A stretch of DNA of 64,000 bases. It comes from Octopus sinensis. Taxonomy: Eukaryota. The DNA is taken from positions 55,180,001 through 55,244,000 of the forward strand of contig NC_043004.1 in NCBI RefSeq assembly GCF_006345805.1, in the 5' to 3' direction. Shown here in pieces: positions 51,430 through 64,000 of the stretch. The translations under genes were made by a program, and so were the position numbers. Below the pieces are notes generated by a model. It made no database searches. It was not told where the DNA came from and saw nothing but the letters and a program-made list of their open reading frames with translations. Each line of letters opens with the position of its first letter. The first letter of the stretch is position 1.

Positions 51430-54005
51430 CCTAAGATTGAGGAAGTGGAGGAGTTCTGGAAGAAGGTATGGAGCAACGAAAAAGAGTTTAATGCTGAGGC
51501 TGATTGGATAGAACGTGAGAAAGAGAGACTGGATGAACTTGAAGAACAGAAAAGGGAAGCAATAGGAATAGAGGAGCTAAGGTGTGTCCTTAGGAAGGCT
51601 CATAAATGGAAAACCCCAGGACTGGATCGGATCCCTAACTTCTGGCTGAATTGTTTGACAGAGGTACACGAAAATCTCGCTGCATCTCTGTCTGATGTCA
51701 TTCAGAACCCAGAGCAAATGCCTGCTTGGCTGACTGAAGGAACCACCTACCTATTACCTAAAACCGAAGACACAAAATACCCAAAGAATTACCGGCCCAA
51801 CACCACCTACAAAATCCTCACATCCATAATAACGGAGAGAATGTACGCTTTCCTTGAACAAAACTCTATCCTTCCACAAGCTCAAAAAGGTTGTAAAAGA
51901 AACTCTTATGGGTGCAAAGACCAATTGCTCATAAACAAAATGATTGTAGAGAATTGCCGGAGCAAAAACAAAAACCTGAGTATGGCATGGATAGACTACA
52001 GGAAAGCGTATGATAGTGTCCCACATAAATGGATACTCAAGGCCCTTGAGATATACAAGATCTCTCCTGTCGTCTCAAAATTCTTAGAGAATAGCATGAC
52101 CATGTGGAACACACGTCTCTTTCTAAGCCATAGTAATGGGATGAGCCAGTCCAACAGCATCAACATCAAACGAGGCATCTTTCAAGGTAACTCCCTCACT
52201 CCATTACTTTTTTGCATGGCACTGATCCCACTCTCAAACGAATTGGATAGTACCAGATATGGGTACAAAGTTTTTAGTAAGTTAATAAACCACCTTTTCT
52301 ATATGGACGACCTAAAGCTGTTTGCCAGGAATGACCAAGAGCTAGAAGGGCTGCTAACAACTGTTAAAGAGTTTAGCAATGATATCGGAATGGATTTTGG
52401 CTTTGATAAGTGTGCTAAAGCAACTTTTGTAAGAGGCAAGCTCAGGCAAACAACTTCTGTTAAATTAGATATTGACACTACCATCAAGGAACTTGACCCA
52501 CAAGAAAGTTACAAATACCTAGGAATCAACGAAGGAGATGGTATACATCATGCTACTATGAAGGAAAAAATAAGAAAGGAATACTATAGGAGAATAAGGC
52601 TTGTACTGAAGACTGAACTCAACTCCAAAAATTGCATTGAGGCCATTAACACCCTGGCGCTTCCAGTAGTCCAGTACAGTTTTAACATCATTAACTGAAA
52701 CCTTACGGAACTCCAACGCTTGGACAGGAAGACAAGAAAATTAATGACATCCAAGAGCATGCACCACCCTAAGGCAGATGTAGACCGCCTGTACCTACCT
52801 AGAAGCAGCGGGGGGAGAGGAATGATGCAATTAGAGCTGTGCTATAAGACCTCTACTGTAGGAATGAACAGGTACCTATCTAGTACAAAGGACTGGATGC
52901 TGCGACTTGTGTGCGAACACGAAAGCAGCAAAAAGCTGCATTCTATTGTCAAGGAAGCCTATAAGTTCGAAAGGGAACTAGACATTAACCTTGAATCAGA
53001 TGAAGAGCCGGAAACCACTGCTACCAAGCAAGCAAAACGAATCAAGCAGACTCCAAAAAAGAACGGGCAGAATCAAATTGAGAGGCGGTGGAGCCAGAAG
53101 CCCCTGCATGGACAATATATTCTCCGAAGCCAAAATGCTGATGTAGACCAAGCAACAACCCATCAGTGGCTGAAGAGTTCCGGATTGAAAGCAGAGACTG
53201 AAGGCTTCATAATGGCAGCACAAGATCAAAGCTTGTTTACCAGAAATTACCAGGCTAACGTTCTCCGAAACGGTACTGACCCTAAATGCAGATTCTGCGA
53301 CACATTTGACGAAACGATAGACCATCTCGTTTCGGGATGTCCTGTGCTGACACCAAACGAATACAAAAATCGCCACGATAGGGTAGGACAGTATATACAT
53401 TGGAAGATATGTAAATACTACAAATTCGACACTCCTGCTAACTGGTATGAACACCATCCTCAGCAGTTGTTGAAGGTAAGGATGTCACCATCCTCTGGGA
53501 TTTTCCAGTCAACACTGACAGAACGATCAAGGCTAATCGACCAGACATAATTGTTAAAGACAGGGAAGAAAATACCTGCAGACTAATAGAGGTAAGCGTC
53601 CCCACTGATAAAAATGTATCTGTAAAGGAATTTGACAAACTTAGTAAATATAAGGACCTGGAAATCGAAATACAAAAGATGTGGAAGCTTAAAACAAAAA
53701 CTGTTCCTGTTATTGTAGGTGCCCTAGGTATGATAAAAAAGGGATGTCAGAAACACCGAGACAATATCCCTGGAGAACCATGTCTCAAGGAAATCCAAAA
53801 GATTGTGCTAACAAGTACTGCCCACATCCTTAGAAAAACCCTATCAATGTAAATGTTTGTGTTTGTATTACATGGAGATATTTCTCTACTTCCCCTCCCC
53901 AAGCTTTCAGCAATATTTCAACAACTCTTAACCTTCACTTGCCCTAGGGCGCTGGGTGTGCCCCGGCAAGTGATTGCATCAAACATGCAGATTAAAAGTA
54001 AATGA
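51430..54005 (+). mobile_element. R4/Dong LINE, 5'-truncated, few disruptions
   Basis: RT motifs WIDYRKAYDSV, GIFQGNSLTPLLF and YMDDLKL; CCHC CRFCDTFDETIDHLVSGC; RLE RPDI..IEVSVP..KLSKY. Stop at 52696 and frameshift at ~53460. (TAA)n on both sides. Confidence 0.92.
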
Positions 54006-54006
54006 C

Positions 54007-54007
<1 letters not shown>

Positions 54008-54069
<62 letters not shown>

Positions 54070-54117
54070 TAATAATAATAATAATAGTAATAATAATAAA
54101 ATAATAATAATAATAAT

Positions 54118-54156
<39 letters not shown>

Positions 54157-54170
54157 TAATAATAAATAAA

Positions 54171-54218
<48 letters not shown>

Positions 54219-54261
54219 CAATAATAATAATAATAATAATAATTAATAATAATAATATAAA

Positions 54262-54294
<33 letters not shown>

Positions 54295-54303
54295 TAATAT
54301 AAA

Positions 54304-54343
<40 letters not shown>

Positions 54344-54577
54344 TATAATATAATAATAATAATAATAATAAAATAATAATAATAATAATAATAAAAATAA
54401 TAATAATAATAAATAATAATAATATAATAAATAATAATAATAATAATAAAAAAAAAAAAAAAATAATAATAATAAAATAATAATAAAAATAATAAAATAA
54501 TAATATTAATAATAATAATAAATAATAATAATAATAATAATATAATAATAATAATAATAATAATAAAAATAATAATA

Positions 54578-54608
<31 letters not shown>

Positions 54609-54686
54609 TAATAATAAAAAATAATAATAATAATAATAATAATAAAATAATAATAATAATAATAAAATAAAATAATAATAATAATA

Positions 54687-54717
<31 letters not shown>

Positions 54718-54776
54718 TAATAATTAATAATAATAATATAATAATAATAATAAAATAATAATAATAATATATAATA

Positions 54777-54811
<35 letters not shown>

Positions 54812-54869
54812 TAATAATAATAATAAATAATAATAAAAATAATAATAAAAATAATAATAATAATAATAA

Positions 54870-54913
<44 letters not shown>

Positions 54914-55004
54914 TAATATAATAATAATTAATAATAATAATAATAATAAATAATAATAATAATAAAAAATAATAATAATAATAATAATAATGATAATAAT
55001 AAAA

Positions 55005-55041
<37 letters not shown>

Positions 55042-55101
55042 TTATAATAATAATAATAATAATAATAAAATAATAATAATAAAATAATAATAATAATAAT
55101 A

Positions 55102-55137
<36 letters not shown>

Positions 55138-55355
55138 TAATAATAATAGTAATAATAATAAAATAATAATATAATAATAATAATAATAATAAATAATAAT
55201 AATAATATAATAATAATAAAATATAATAATAATAATAATAATAATAAAATATAATAATAATAATAATAATATTAATAAAAATAATAATAATAATATATAA
55301 TATAATAATATAAAAATAATAATAATAATGATAATAATAAAAAATAATAATAATA

Positions 55356-55386
<31 letters not shown>

Positions 55387-55495
55387 AAATAATAATAATA
55401 ATAATAATAATATAATAATAATAATAATAATAAAATAATAATAATAATAATAATAATAAAATAATAAAAATAATATAATAATAATAATAATATAA

Positions 55496-55568
<73 letters not shown>

Positions 55569-55662
55569 TTATAATAATAATAATAATAATAATAATATAA
55601 TAATTAATAATAATAATAATAATAAAAAATAATAATAATAATAATAATAATAATATAATAAT

Positions 55663-55696
<34 letters not shown>

Positions 55697-55722
55697 TTAA
55701 TAATAATAATCATAATATAAAA

Positions 55723-55772
<50 letters not shown>

Positions 55773-55835
55773 TAATAAAAATAATAATAATAATAATAAT
55801 AATAATATTAATAATAATAATAATAAAATAATAAT

Positions 55836-55871
<36 letters not shown>

Positions 55872-55977
55872 TATAATAATAATAATAATAATACTAATAA
55901 AAATAATAATAATAATAATAATAATAGAATAATAATAATAATAATATAATAATAATAATAATATTAATAATAATAAA

Positions 55978-56015
<38 letters not shown>

Positions 56016-56039
56016 TAATAAAATAATAATAATAATAAT

Positions 56040-56133
<94 letters not shown>

Positions 56134-56203
56134 TAATAATAATAATAATAATATAATAATAATAATAATAATAATATTAATAATAATAATATAATATAAT
56201 AAA

Positions 56204-56234
<31 letters not shown>

Positions 56235-56252
56235 TTAATAATAATAATAATA
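54008..56252. repeat. ~2.2-kb imperfect (AAT)n array
   Basis: Direct reading. Confidence 0.95.
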
Positions 56253-56254
56253 AT

Positions 56255-56458
56255 CCTTTCTACTAAAAGCACAAGGCCTGAAATTTGGAAGGATGAAACT
56301 AATCGATTATATCGAATCCAGTTTTCACTGGTACTTACTTTACGACCCCGAAAGGGCAAAAGGCAAAGTCAACCTCAGTGGAATTTGAATGTAGCGACGG
56401 GCGAAATATTGTTAAGTATGTTGTCCAGCGTGCTAACAATTTTGCCAGCTCGCCACCT
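56255..56458 (-). mobile_element. SINE family A short-tail copy (old)
   Basis: cgaccccgaaagg..aaaggcaaagtcaacctcag..ggaatttgaa core. Confidence 0.7.
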
Positions 56459-57468
56459 TAACACAACATAGCAACAACAACAACAACAACAATAATTAAT
56501 GCTCTGATGTAGTACCAAGAAGTGGCTCTGATGACTTCTGAGCTTAACTGATTGGAAGTGTAGGCAATGAAATTAAGATGAGTAGAAAGCAAAAACGCTA
56601 GAATAAAGGCAAGGTTACAAGACAATAGTGACATTATTTGCAACCTTAAAAGGTTTGACCGATAGAAACTGACCCAAGAAACAAAAAAAGTGAATGGAAT
56701 TCTGAAATACACCAGAACATAAAACATCACGAAAACAAATAATCTAGCCAAGTCAGCAATCATTGTTGCTGCAGAAAACATGGAGACTAGAGAAAAGAGC
56801 CATAGTGGAAAAGCAGAAAATAGGCCAGTTTAGATATGGTTTTGAAGGACGTTTTTCTATCATTTAAGCATAAGAAAGGTATACTTTTAATTTAAAATTA
56901 AAAATTTTATGCTAATTGACGGTAAATAGGTGCCTTACTGTCTCCCTTGAGGTCGCAGGTTTTTGATGTAACTTTATTTCTACTGAACCAAGTCTCAAAC
57001 TATTTATGCCAAAGTGTAGCCGAGGAGGTGTCCTCTTTAAAATTGTTAACAGTTTGCAATTTAGTTGAGAACTGAATTAGTGGTGAAACTTGGAAGCAGC
57101 TGCGACTGACGAAATGGTGGACTTAAGAATATATTCAACTACTCTAGTGGTTGAAATACTTAGGCAGCAAGTACTAAAACAGTTCTATTTACAAACACAT
57201 AAAATTTAGCTATTAATTCGATTATTTTTTAACATACAATACTCATAGGCTGGTAAAATAAACAATATTTAGAGATACTTGGGAGTGTCTACCATGTGTG
57301 CAAAGATTGCCAATGCCAATCAGTCCACGATACTCCCCACTCCCAACATAGAGCCATGCATGTTTCCTCCGATATGAAAACAGAAAACAATAAATATATA
57401 TATCTACAAAACTATATATTACATACCACTTTATAGTTTCCTCTTTTGAAAGATATTCATTTAATTTT

Positions 57469-57550
<82 letters not shown>

Positions 57551-57849
57551 AAGTGTGTGTGCATATAAACCAACGACACATAACTAATGCAATCAAGGGT
57601 CTCCAGAATATTTCTGAAAACACTCCACTCCTTCAAGGCAGTACCTCTCGGTAGACAATGTTCTTGGTAACAGTTCGCTCTCTTCTCCTTCCTTGTCTGT
57701 CTGTCTGCATCACCTTAACCCTTACATCTGCGAGCTCTAGAGTATGCCACATACAACTGCCCGTGACTGAACACTGGCTGAGGTAGGAACAATCCCACCT
57801 TCTTAAATGTCTGCCTCTGTGACTTATTAATAGTCATGGCATATGACAA

Positions 57850-59308
57850 ATGGACAAGAAACTGAGTTCTCTCCAAGGTGCTTCTGTTGAAGTAAAAGAC
57901 GACTCAGCGGCGGCAGATCGTGAGCAGAATCAAGCTCACGATGAAATTGCTAAGTGTCTTGCTTGTCGATATGTTTCTTCTCCGGAAGCTATGTGGCGAC
58001 TGTCAGAATTCAAGCTAGATGACGTATCTCACACTGTCTAGAGACTTGCAGTACATCTTGCACCAAGGTTTTAATGCAGAACACGCAGAAAACATGGCAA
58101 TGCACTCAGTTGATGCAATCCTGATAGAGAATGGCTTTAATTGTTTAGCAATTGGGCTGCCTGAACCTATTGGAGTACTGCAGCTTGACCATCGTATAGA
58201 CATCGATCACCCAGGCATTACAACACTTACTGATGAAAAGAGATTGGTTGCTAATGCTGTGCTTGAATCTGTAGATAAAAAGAGGAGAGATGAATTGCCC
58301 AACCACTCCTGTTTCTATGTAGATGCTCCAGGAGGTTGTGGTAAAACTTATATGTTTAATACCATAATTACTTATCGGCGAAGGAACAACTTCAACGTGT
58401 GCAGTGGTGCTTGGACAAGCCTTGCCTCTACACTATTGGCAGGTGGAAAGACTATTCATATTTTGTTCAAGTTTCCTGTCCCACTCACAGAGGCCAGTGT
58501 TTGTAATGTACCAGCAACTTCAGACCATGCAAATCATTTACGAAACCTGGATTCGATCATCTTGGATGAGGCTTCTATGATGCCTTCATTTATTCTTCAT
58601 GCTATTGACAAAGCCTTGCGAGATATCACTGGCATTGCTGCTGTTTTTGGTGGTAAAGTTGTGCTCTTGGGGGAATACTTTAGGCAAGTTTTACTCATAT
58701 TGTCAAGAGGAACTCGAGAGGCAATTATTGAAATCTGTATTAAAAATTCTCCTCTATAACTGAATTTCATTCATTAAGCCAAAACATCAGGATCAGAGCA
58801 GATCAAAGGAAATTTGCAGCATGACTCTGGCATCTTGAAAATGGAACATATTCATCTCCACAAGATCCTAATCTTGCTGTTGATGACATAGAAGTGCCTC
58901 AAATTTCGTGCGTTGACGGCTCTCTGGTGGATGATATCTTCAATAATACATCTGAGGAAGAGAGGGGAAGCAGAGTAGTTCTTTATCTGAGACTGCCTCC
59001 TGAGTACAGATAAAGTTTTGACAGATGATCCTACTGAGGCTGAGCGCTATCCACTTGAATTTCTAAACTCTTTGACATCATCAGGAATGCCTCCTAGTAA
59101 ACTGAGTTTAAAACCCGGCCCAGTAGTAATGATTCTTCGTAACATTTCTATCCAGAATGGACTCTGCAATGGTACAAGATTGGAAGTGGCGGCCATGCAT
59201 CAACATTCAATCGAGGCTTCCGTAATTAGTGGCTCACTAATTGGCAGACGTGTCCTCATCCCCAGAATAAAGCTAGCTCAAAGTGACCCTAACTTGCTAT
59301 TCACCTTG
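57850..59308 (+). mobile_element. Helitron RepHel remnant (late Rep region and PIF1 helicase)
   Basis: DEI..RYVSSPEAMWRL, Walker A DAPGGCGKT, DEASM, LRNISIQNGLCNGTRL, IPRIKL. Stops abruptly at SDPNLLFTL. Confidence 0.9.
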
Positions 59309-60100
59309 GATGCAGGTTTGTCGTCGTGTGGTAAGCTTGGCGGAAGCAATACGGACCCCTTCCTGGAGGTGCTGCCACTTTGACTTCAAATGACGCAGAG
59401 GAGAAGGTACAATTGTAATTTCTGATATTTCTACGGAATGAAACGGACTCGATCGGTTTCCTTAAATAAATTTTTAGTGTCTTTGGATATGGTTGCAATG
59501 CAAGCACGTTCACTTTTCCATGTGGCAACAACTGTTATTTTCACCACAGTATTCGCATATAATGTTCGTTTCTCCTGAATTGTTCAAATTCATTACCAAT
59601 AGCTCTGTTCAGCACTAGTCTATGTCTTCTCACACGCTGTCGCTGCATCTGATACCTCCTTAAATTGTCAATTTCACCAGCATTCATATTTTGAACTCTT
59701 TCTCGATATCTTCCCCCTTTGGTTTTGCTAAAAATAACCCTGTCATGTTGATTCATGTTTTCTATTCTTTGCGGAAATAAGTTTCTCTGCTGCTCGTGGT
59801 ACTATGCACGCTGTTTCTCATTCATATTTTTTCTCCTTTGCTGAGATACGTTTCTCTGCTGCCTGTGCTACTGTGCACGATGTTTCTCATTATGTTTCTC
59901 GTCTTATTTGTTGTCTCCTCCTATCTTGCTGCAGCTGTTCCTCGCGTTGTTCACCTTCCATTGACGCTCGTCTCAGCTGCTGGCGTTGCCTGTCTCTCTC
60001 TAGGATTTCCTGCCTTTGCTCTTTCCTTATCCTCTGCCTGTAGAGCCTCATTCTCGCGCGAGCAGCTTGCAGTATTTGTTGCCGGTTCATGATGAGTGCA
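59300..60100 (-). mobile_element. Helitron RepHel N-terminal remnant, inverted
   Basis: R/Q/E-rich coiled-coil start, CC..GKV zinc region, FRRNIRNYN..F.SASF....PGRGPYCFR..YH. Confidence 0.75.
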
Positions 60101-60338
60101 CAAAAGAAGTACGAGATAATATGTATACAAAACACGAAGAAATAAATTGACAAAAATGGACTGTTATAGGCATTTGGATCTTTCACTCATAAAATCAACC
60201 CCCTTTTAATTTTGCTCAGATTGTTTTCAACTTTGGTGTATCGATGAAGTTCTGAATTTTGATTATTCTCAGGTATTTACGTTATCTCGTAAATTAAGAA
60301 TCTGATGTTATTTGGAATATGAAAATTTGGGTAAAGAA

Positions 60339-60600
60339 TTAACAGCTTCTTACCATGACAATCGCACGTTGTTTCTGGACGCGCGCACCTTTCTTGATCA
60401 TTCCTAGGGCACCTGCAACTACAGAGATGGTTTTGGTTTTTAATTGACACGTCCTAGGTATTTTAATCTCAAGGTCCTTATATTTAGACGGTTTTTCAAA
60501 TACCTTTGCTGAGATGTTTATATCAGTAGGTACTGTCATGTCAATTAACAGGTATGTTTTATTTTTACGTGTTTGAAGACAATGTCTGTTATCATTTATT
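60339..60600 (-). mobile_element. R4/Dong RLE fragment
   Basis: LLIDMTVPTDINISAK..SKYKDLEI..VVAGALGMIKKG. Confidence 0.75.
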
Positions 60601-60726
60601 TGCCTGTCTGTATGCATTCCATAATCCCATAGGATGGTAACATTCTCTCCCTCAGTGACTGGCTCTGGATGGTGTTCACACCAGTTCTTAGGGTGCGGAA
60701 TACCAGTGACAGCATACTACTACTAT

Positions 60727-60800
<74 letters not shown>

Positions 60801-61449
60801 ATGACAATAACAATAATAATAGTGGTTTCAAATTTTGGCACAGGGCCAGCAATCTCGACGGAGGAGATAAATCGATTACATCGACCCCAGTGCTTAACTG
60901 GTACTTATTTTATCGACTCCCAATTGATGAAAGGCAAAGTTGATTTTGGTGGAATTTGAACTCAGGCGTAAAGAGTCGGAAGAAATATCACTAGGTATTA
61001 TATTCGATGCTCTAACAATTGTACTAGTTCTGGCTCGTTTAATTTTCATTTTTTTTTTTTTAGTTTTTTAGTTACAAAACGAAACATTGTGTATTCGTAG
61101 TCGTTTCTTAATTGTTTTCTTTTCTTGTGAACGAAATATTTTAGTTATGAGCGTAAAAGAAGGAATGAGCAATTTTTGAGTTGGGATGCATGAGTCATGG
61201 AACAATTTAATCTTATGAACAGTCAACAGTCAGTAGTCATCTTTTGGATATACAACTCTGTACGCTGGTGTTACTATAGCTATAGAAAGAAAAAAAATCA
61301 TGTAACTTAATTCAAACATAGAATTCACTGAATACCATTAGGTATGCCTTTTTCTTGAAATCTAAAAAAAATATTATTTGTTTTTGTTTTACATACACTC
61401 AAATACTGCGCAATCATACATTTGGCATACAATACGTTCAGATAACGCT

Positions 61450-61652
<203 letters not shown>

Positions 61653-63013
61653 TTGCTAATGTAGAGGAATGTATTTGTAAGATAAATATTTTGTATATTT
61701 TCAACAATTAATTAATATAACCAAACCTATCATAATGGTTGGTTCGGTTAGATTAAGTTAAATAAGTTTAGACTAGCTTATGAAAATATACAAAAGCCAA
61801 ACACGCTTTTTTGATAATGTCTCTCAGTAGACTTGTTATATTAAAGAAATATTTGTTTGCCATTAATAAAGAATTTTTTTCTTTATAACTAAATTAAATC
61901 AAAATATCTACAGCATGTGAATATGAGGGTTTTATTTTTTGAAAACGAATTTCTTTCCTTTTTCCTGTTGCAGATTTTGACTTGAGAATGACGCCGCTTA
62001 ATGCGTTGAAAAAAAGAAGGTTAAAAGACTTTACGTCGGGTTTGTTATGTTTATTTGGTTAAAAAAATTCCTACTTATTGGTATCAGTATATTACGTGCT
62101 TTAGTTCGGTTAAAAATCTTAAACGTTACCTTATTAACAGTCTGTTATAGTGAGAAAATGAAGCACTAATGATGGCGGACTATAAAAGATTGGCAAAATC
62201 AGTTCAAGCAGCTTAGGTAGAAGATAAATAATGCCATGTTCAAGTTTGTAACTATGTACTCGCAAATAAGTGTTGATCCGTTGTAACTTATCGTGGGGAA
62301 TCTGTAAAACAGCAATAGTGGTAATAGTTGTGCAAATTCAAATCTAATTTTAAACATATTTACGAAGGATCGCGCCCAAGATGCAGAAGTGAAAATAATT
62401 AAATGAAACATAATGCAAAACAATGTGTGACAGCAGCAGGCAATCAGTAAATTGTTTCAACCTGACTTGTTGATCAACACTAAGCGTTGAATCAAGTGCT
62501 GCCAGGGGAATGGATTTTGCCTGTGCTATTAGAAATGTTGCAAAAATGTTGCAAAAATGTTGGAAAAAAAATCAGAAAAGCTCATTTTATTAGCTGCTTA
62601 GGTTTATCACTGTTTTACATGAAGAATATTGTCTGTCCATTCTTGAGCACAAGGAATAAAGCCTTTACGAAAATTTACATTTACCAACTGTCACATTCTG
62701 AAGATAGCCATTATGTTTAATTATACTTTCATAATCATACACCAAGAGCTCTTTGCTTTGTTTACATTTAATCATAATTATATGTTTCTGTTTAAGCATA
62801 AGTGGTGTCAAACTACATCAGCCCAACTCGGTGGCCTTTCTATTAGATAAACATCGGTAGCGTAGAGGGATGGGAGAATTGTATACACGGACAACTGTTA
62901 ATCTTTCCTCAAAAATGCTACCAAGGCCTGTACAAACCTATGCAGATGCATGGCCATCATTGACTAACGGAGGCGATGCCCTAATTTATCTGTCTATCTA
63001 TCGACATTAGAAA

Positions 63014-63237
63014 ATGTCGAGAAATTTTATTGTAGAACGCTGGTCGCGTTCCTTTATGGACCAGCATTTTCCTAGTTTGGAAACGCTAGGAGAAGAAAAA
63101 AAGAACTCATGCACGCAAAGTGCAAACATGAATATCGTTGGAATGAACGCTGCAACAACGTGCGGTAACAGCCCTGTCACCGCCGCCACCACCACTAACA
63201 ACAGCAACCACGAGACTACTACTGCTACCACCACCAC

Positions 63238-63268
<31 letters not shown>

Positions 63269-63886
63269 ACGACCAACATAAATGATAAAAATAAAACTCA
63301 CACGAAAACTATTGACAAAAACAACAGCAACAACAAGAACAACAATAAAAATGAACTATCTAATAGTGAAGATGTTAATATAACAGAATTAACAGCACCA
63401 ACAAATTTCGCTGACACTCTGCGTCAGAAGAAACAGATTATACATTTCACGAACGAAGAACTTTTAGAAACAAGATCTCTCTTTACAACCAGAGGGCAAG
63501 ATTTAGTGCTACATACACCTCAACACATAAAGCAAGAAATAGAAAATAAGACAATTATTTATAAAATTATAAGAAAAAACAAAAAACTAAATGAACAGAT
63601 TACAAAAACGGATGTAGAAAAATGCTTAAAAAACATAATGAAAAAAAAAGAATACATAAACTGGGGTCCCCAGTTTAACACAGTAGTGGTCCGCTTCCCT
63701 AACCAGGAAGTGGCAAAAGCTCACTCTACTGAGTCTTTGGAAAATGATGATATCATTCTTTGCCTCTACCCCATACTGATACATCGGACGACGAAAGTTC
63801 GACGGAATGGCAAATATCCACAGGGGGTAAAAGGAAAAGATCCAAAAAATCCACCAAACAAGGAAGTAAAGCAGGGAGATATCTAA
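63014..63886 (+). CDS. Distant homolog of the ORF1 at 16080-17339 (RRM-like part), probably internally deleted
   Basis: ENKTIIY..DVEKCLKNI..WGPQFNTVVVRFPNQEVAK aligns by eye with EKRTITY..EVERCLKEI..RGKKYATVVVYFETENEAK. T/N-rich N-terminus; no zinc knuckle in frame. Confidence 0.6.
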
Positions 63887-64000
63887 CTCCGGACAACATC
63901 CCCCTAGACAATCAAAAAAGCAATGAACCCGTAAAACCACACACACAACTAACTGCAATAGACACAGACAATAAAGAATTAATGGACTACATCACAGCCA

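Overview
AT-rich, microsatellite-dense animal genomic DNA. The repeat families (tRNA-derived SINEs, RTE/CR1/R4 LINEs with (GAT)n/(TAA)n tails) look like those of Octopus; this is an inference from recognition, not a search. The only host gene I can support is the 3' end of ALG14 (+ strand, exons 1999-2058 and 3204-3374). The remaining ~60 kb is mostly transposon remnants: RTE, CR1, R4/Dong, Penelope, Helitron, mariner, piggyBac and several SINE families. The most striking structure is a head-to-tail array at 15104-19179 (- strand) of three diverged copies of a ~1.75-kb element. It encodes only a gag/ORF1-like protein (RRM-like region, CCHC knuckle, conserved C-terminal domain), has no RT and no poly(A), and ends in the same ~25-nt 3' terminus as the most abundant local SINE. 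A distant homolog of this ORF lies at 63014-64000. Other items of interest: an apparent SINE insertion preference for RTATT(TC), a perfect 68-bp templated insertion, a perfect 54-bp palindrome, a tail-to-tail rearranged Helitron, degenerate hammerhead-like motifs, and an unidentified pseudogene with a weak cGAS/Mab-21-like resemblance. All family assignments are by-eye motif recognition; boundaries of degraded elements are approximate.
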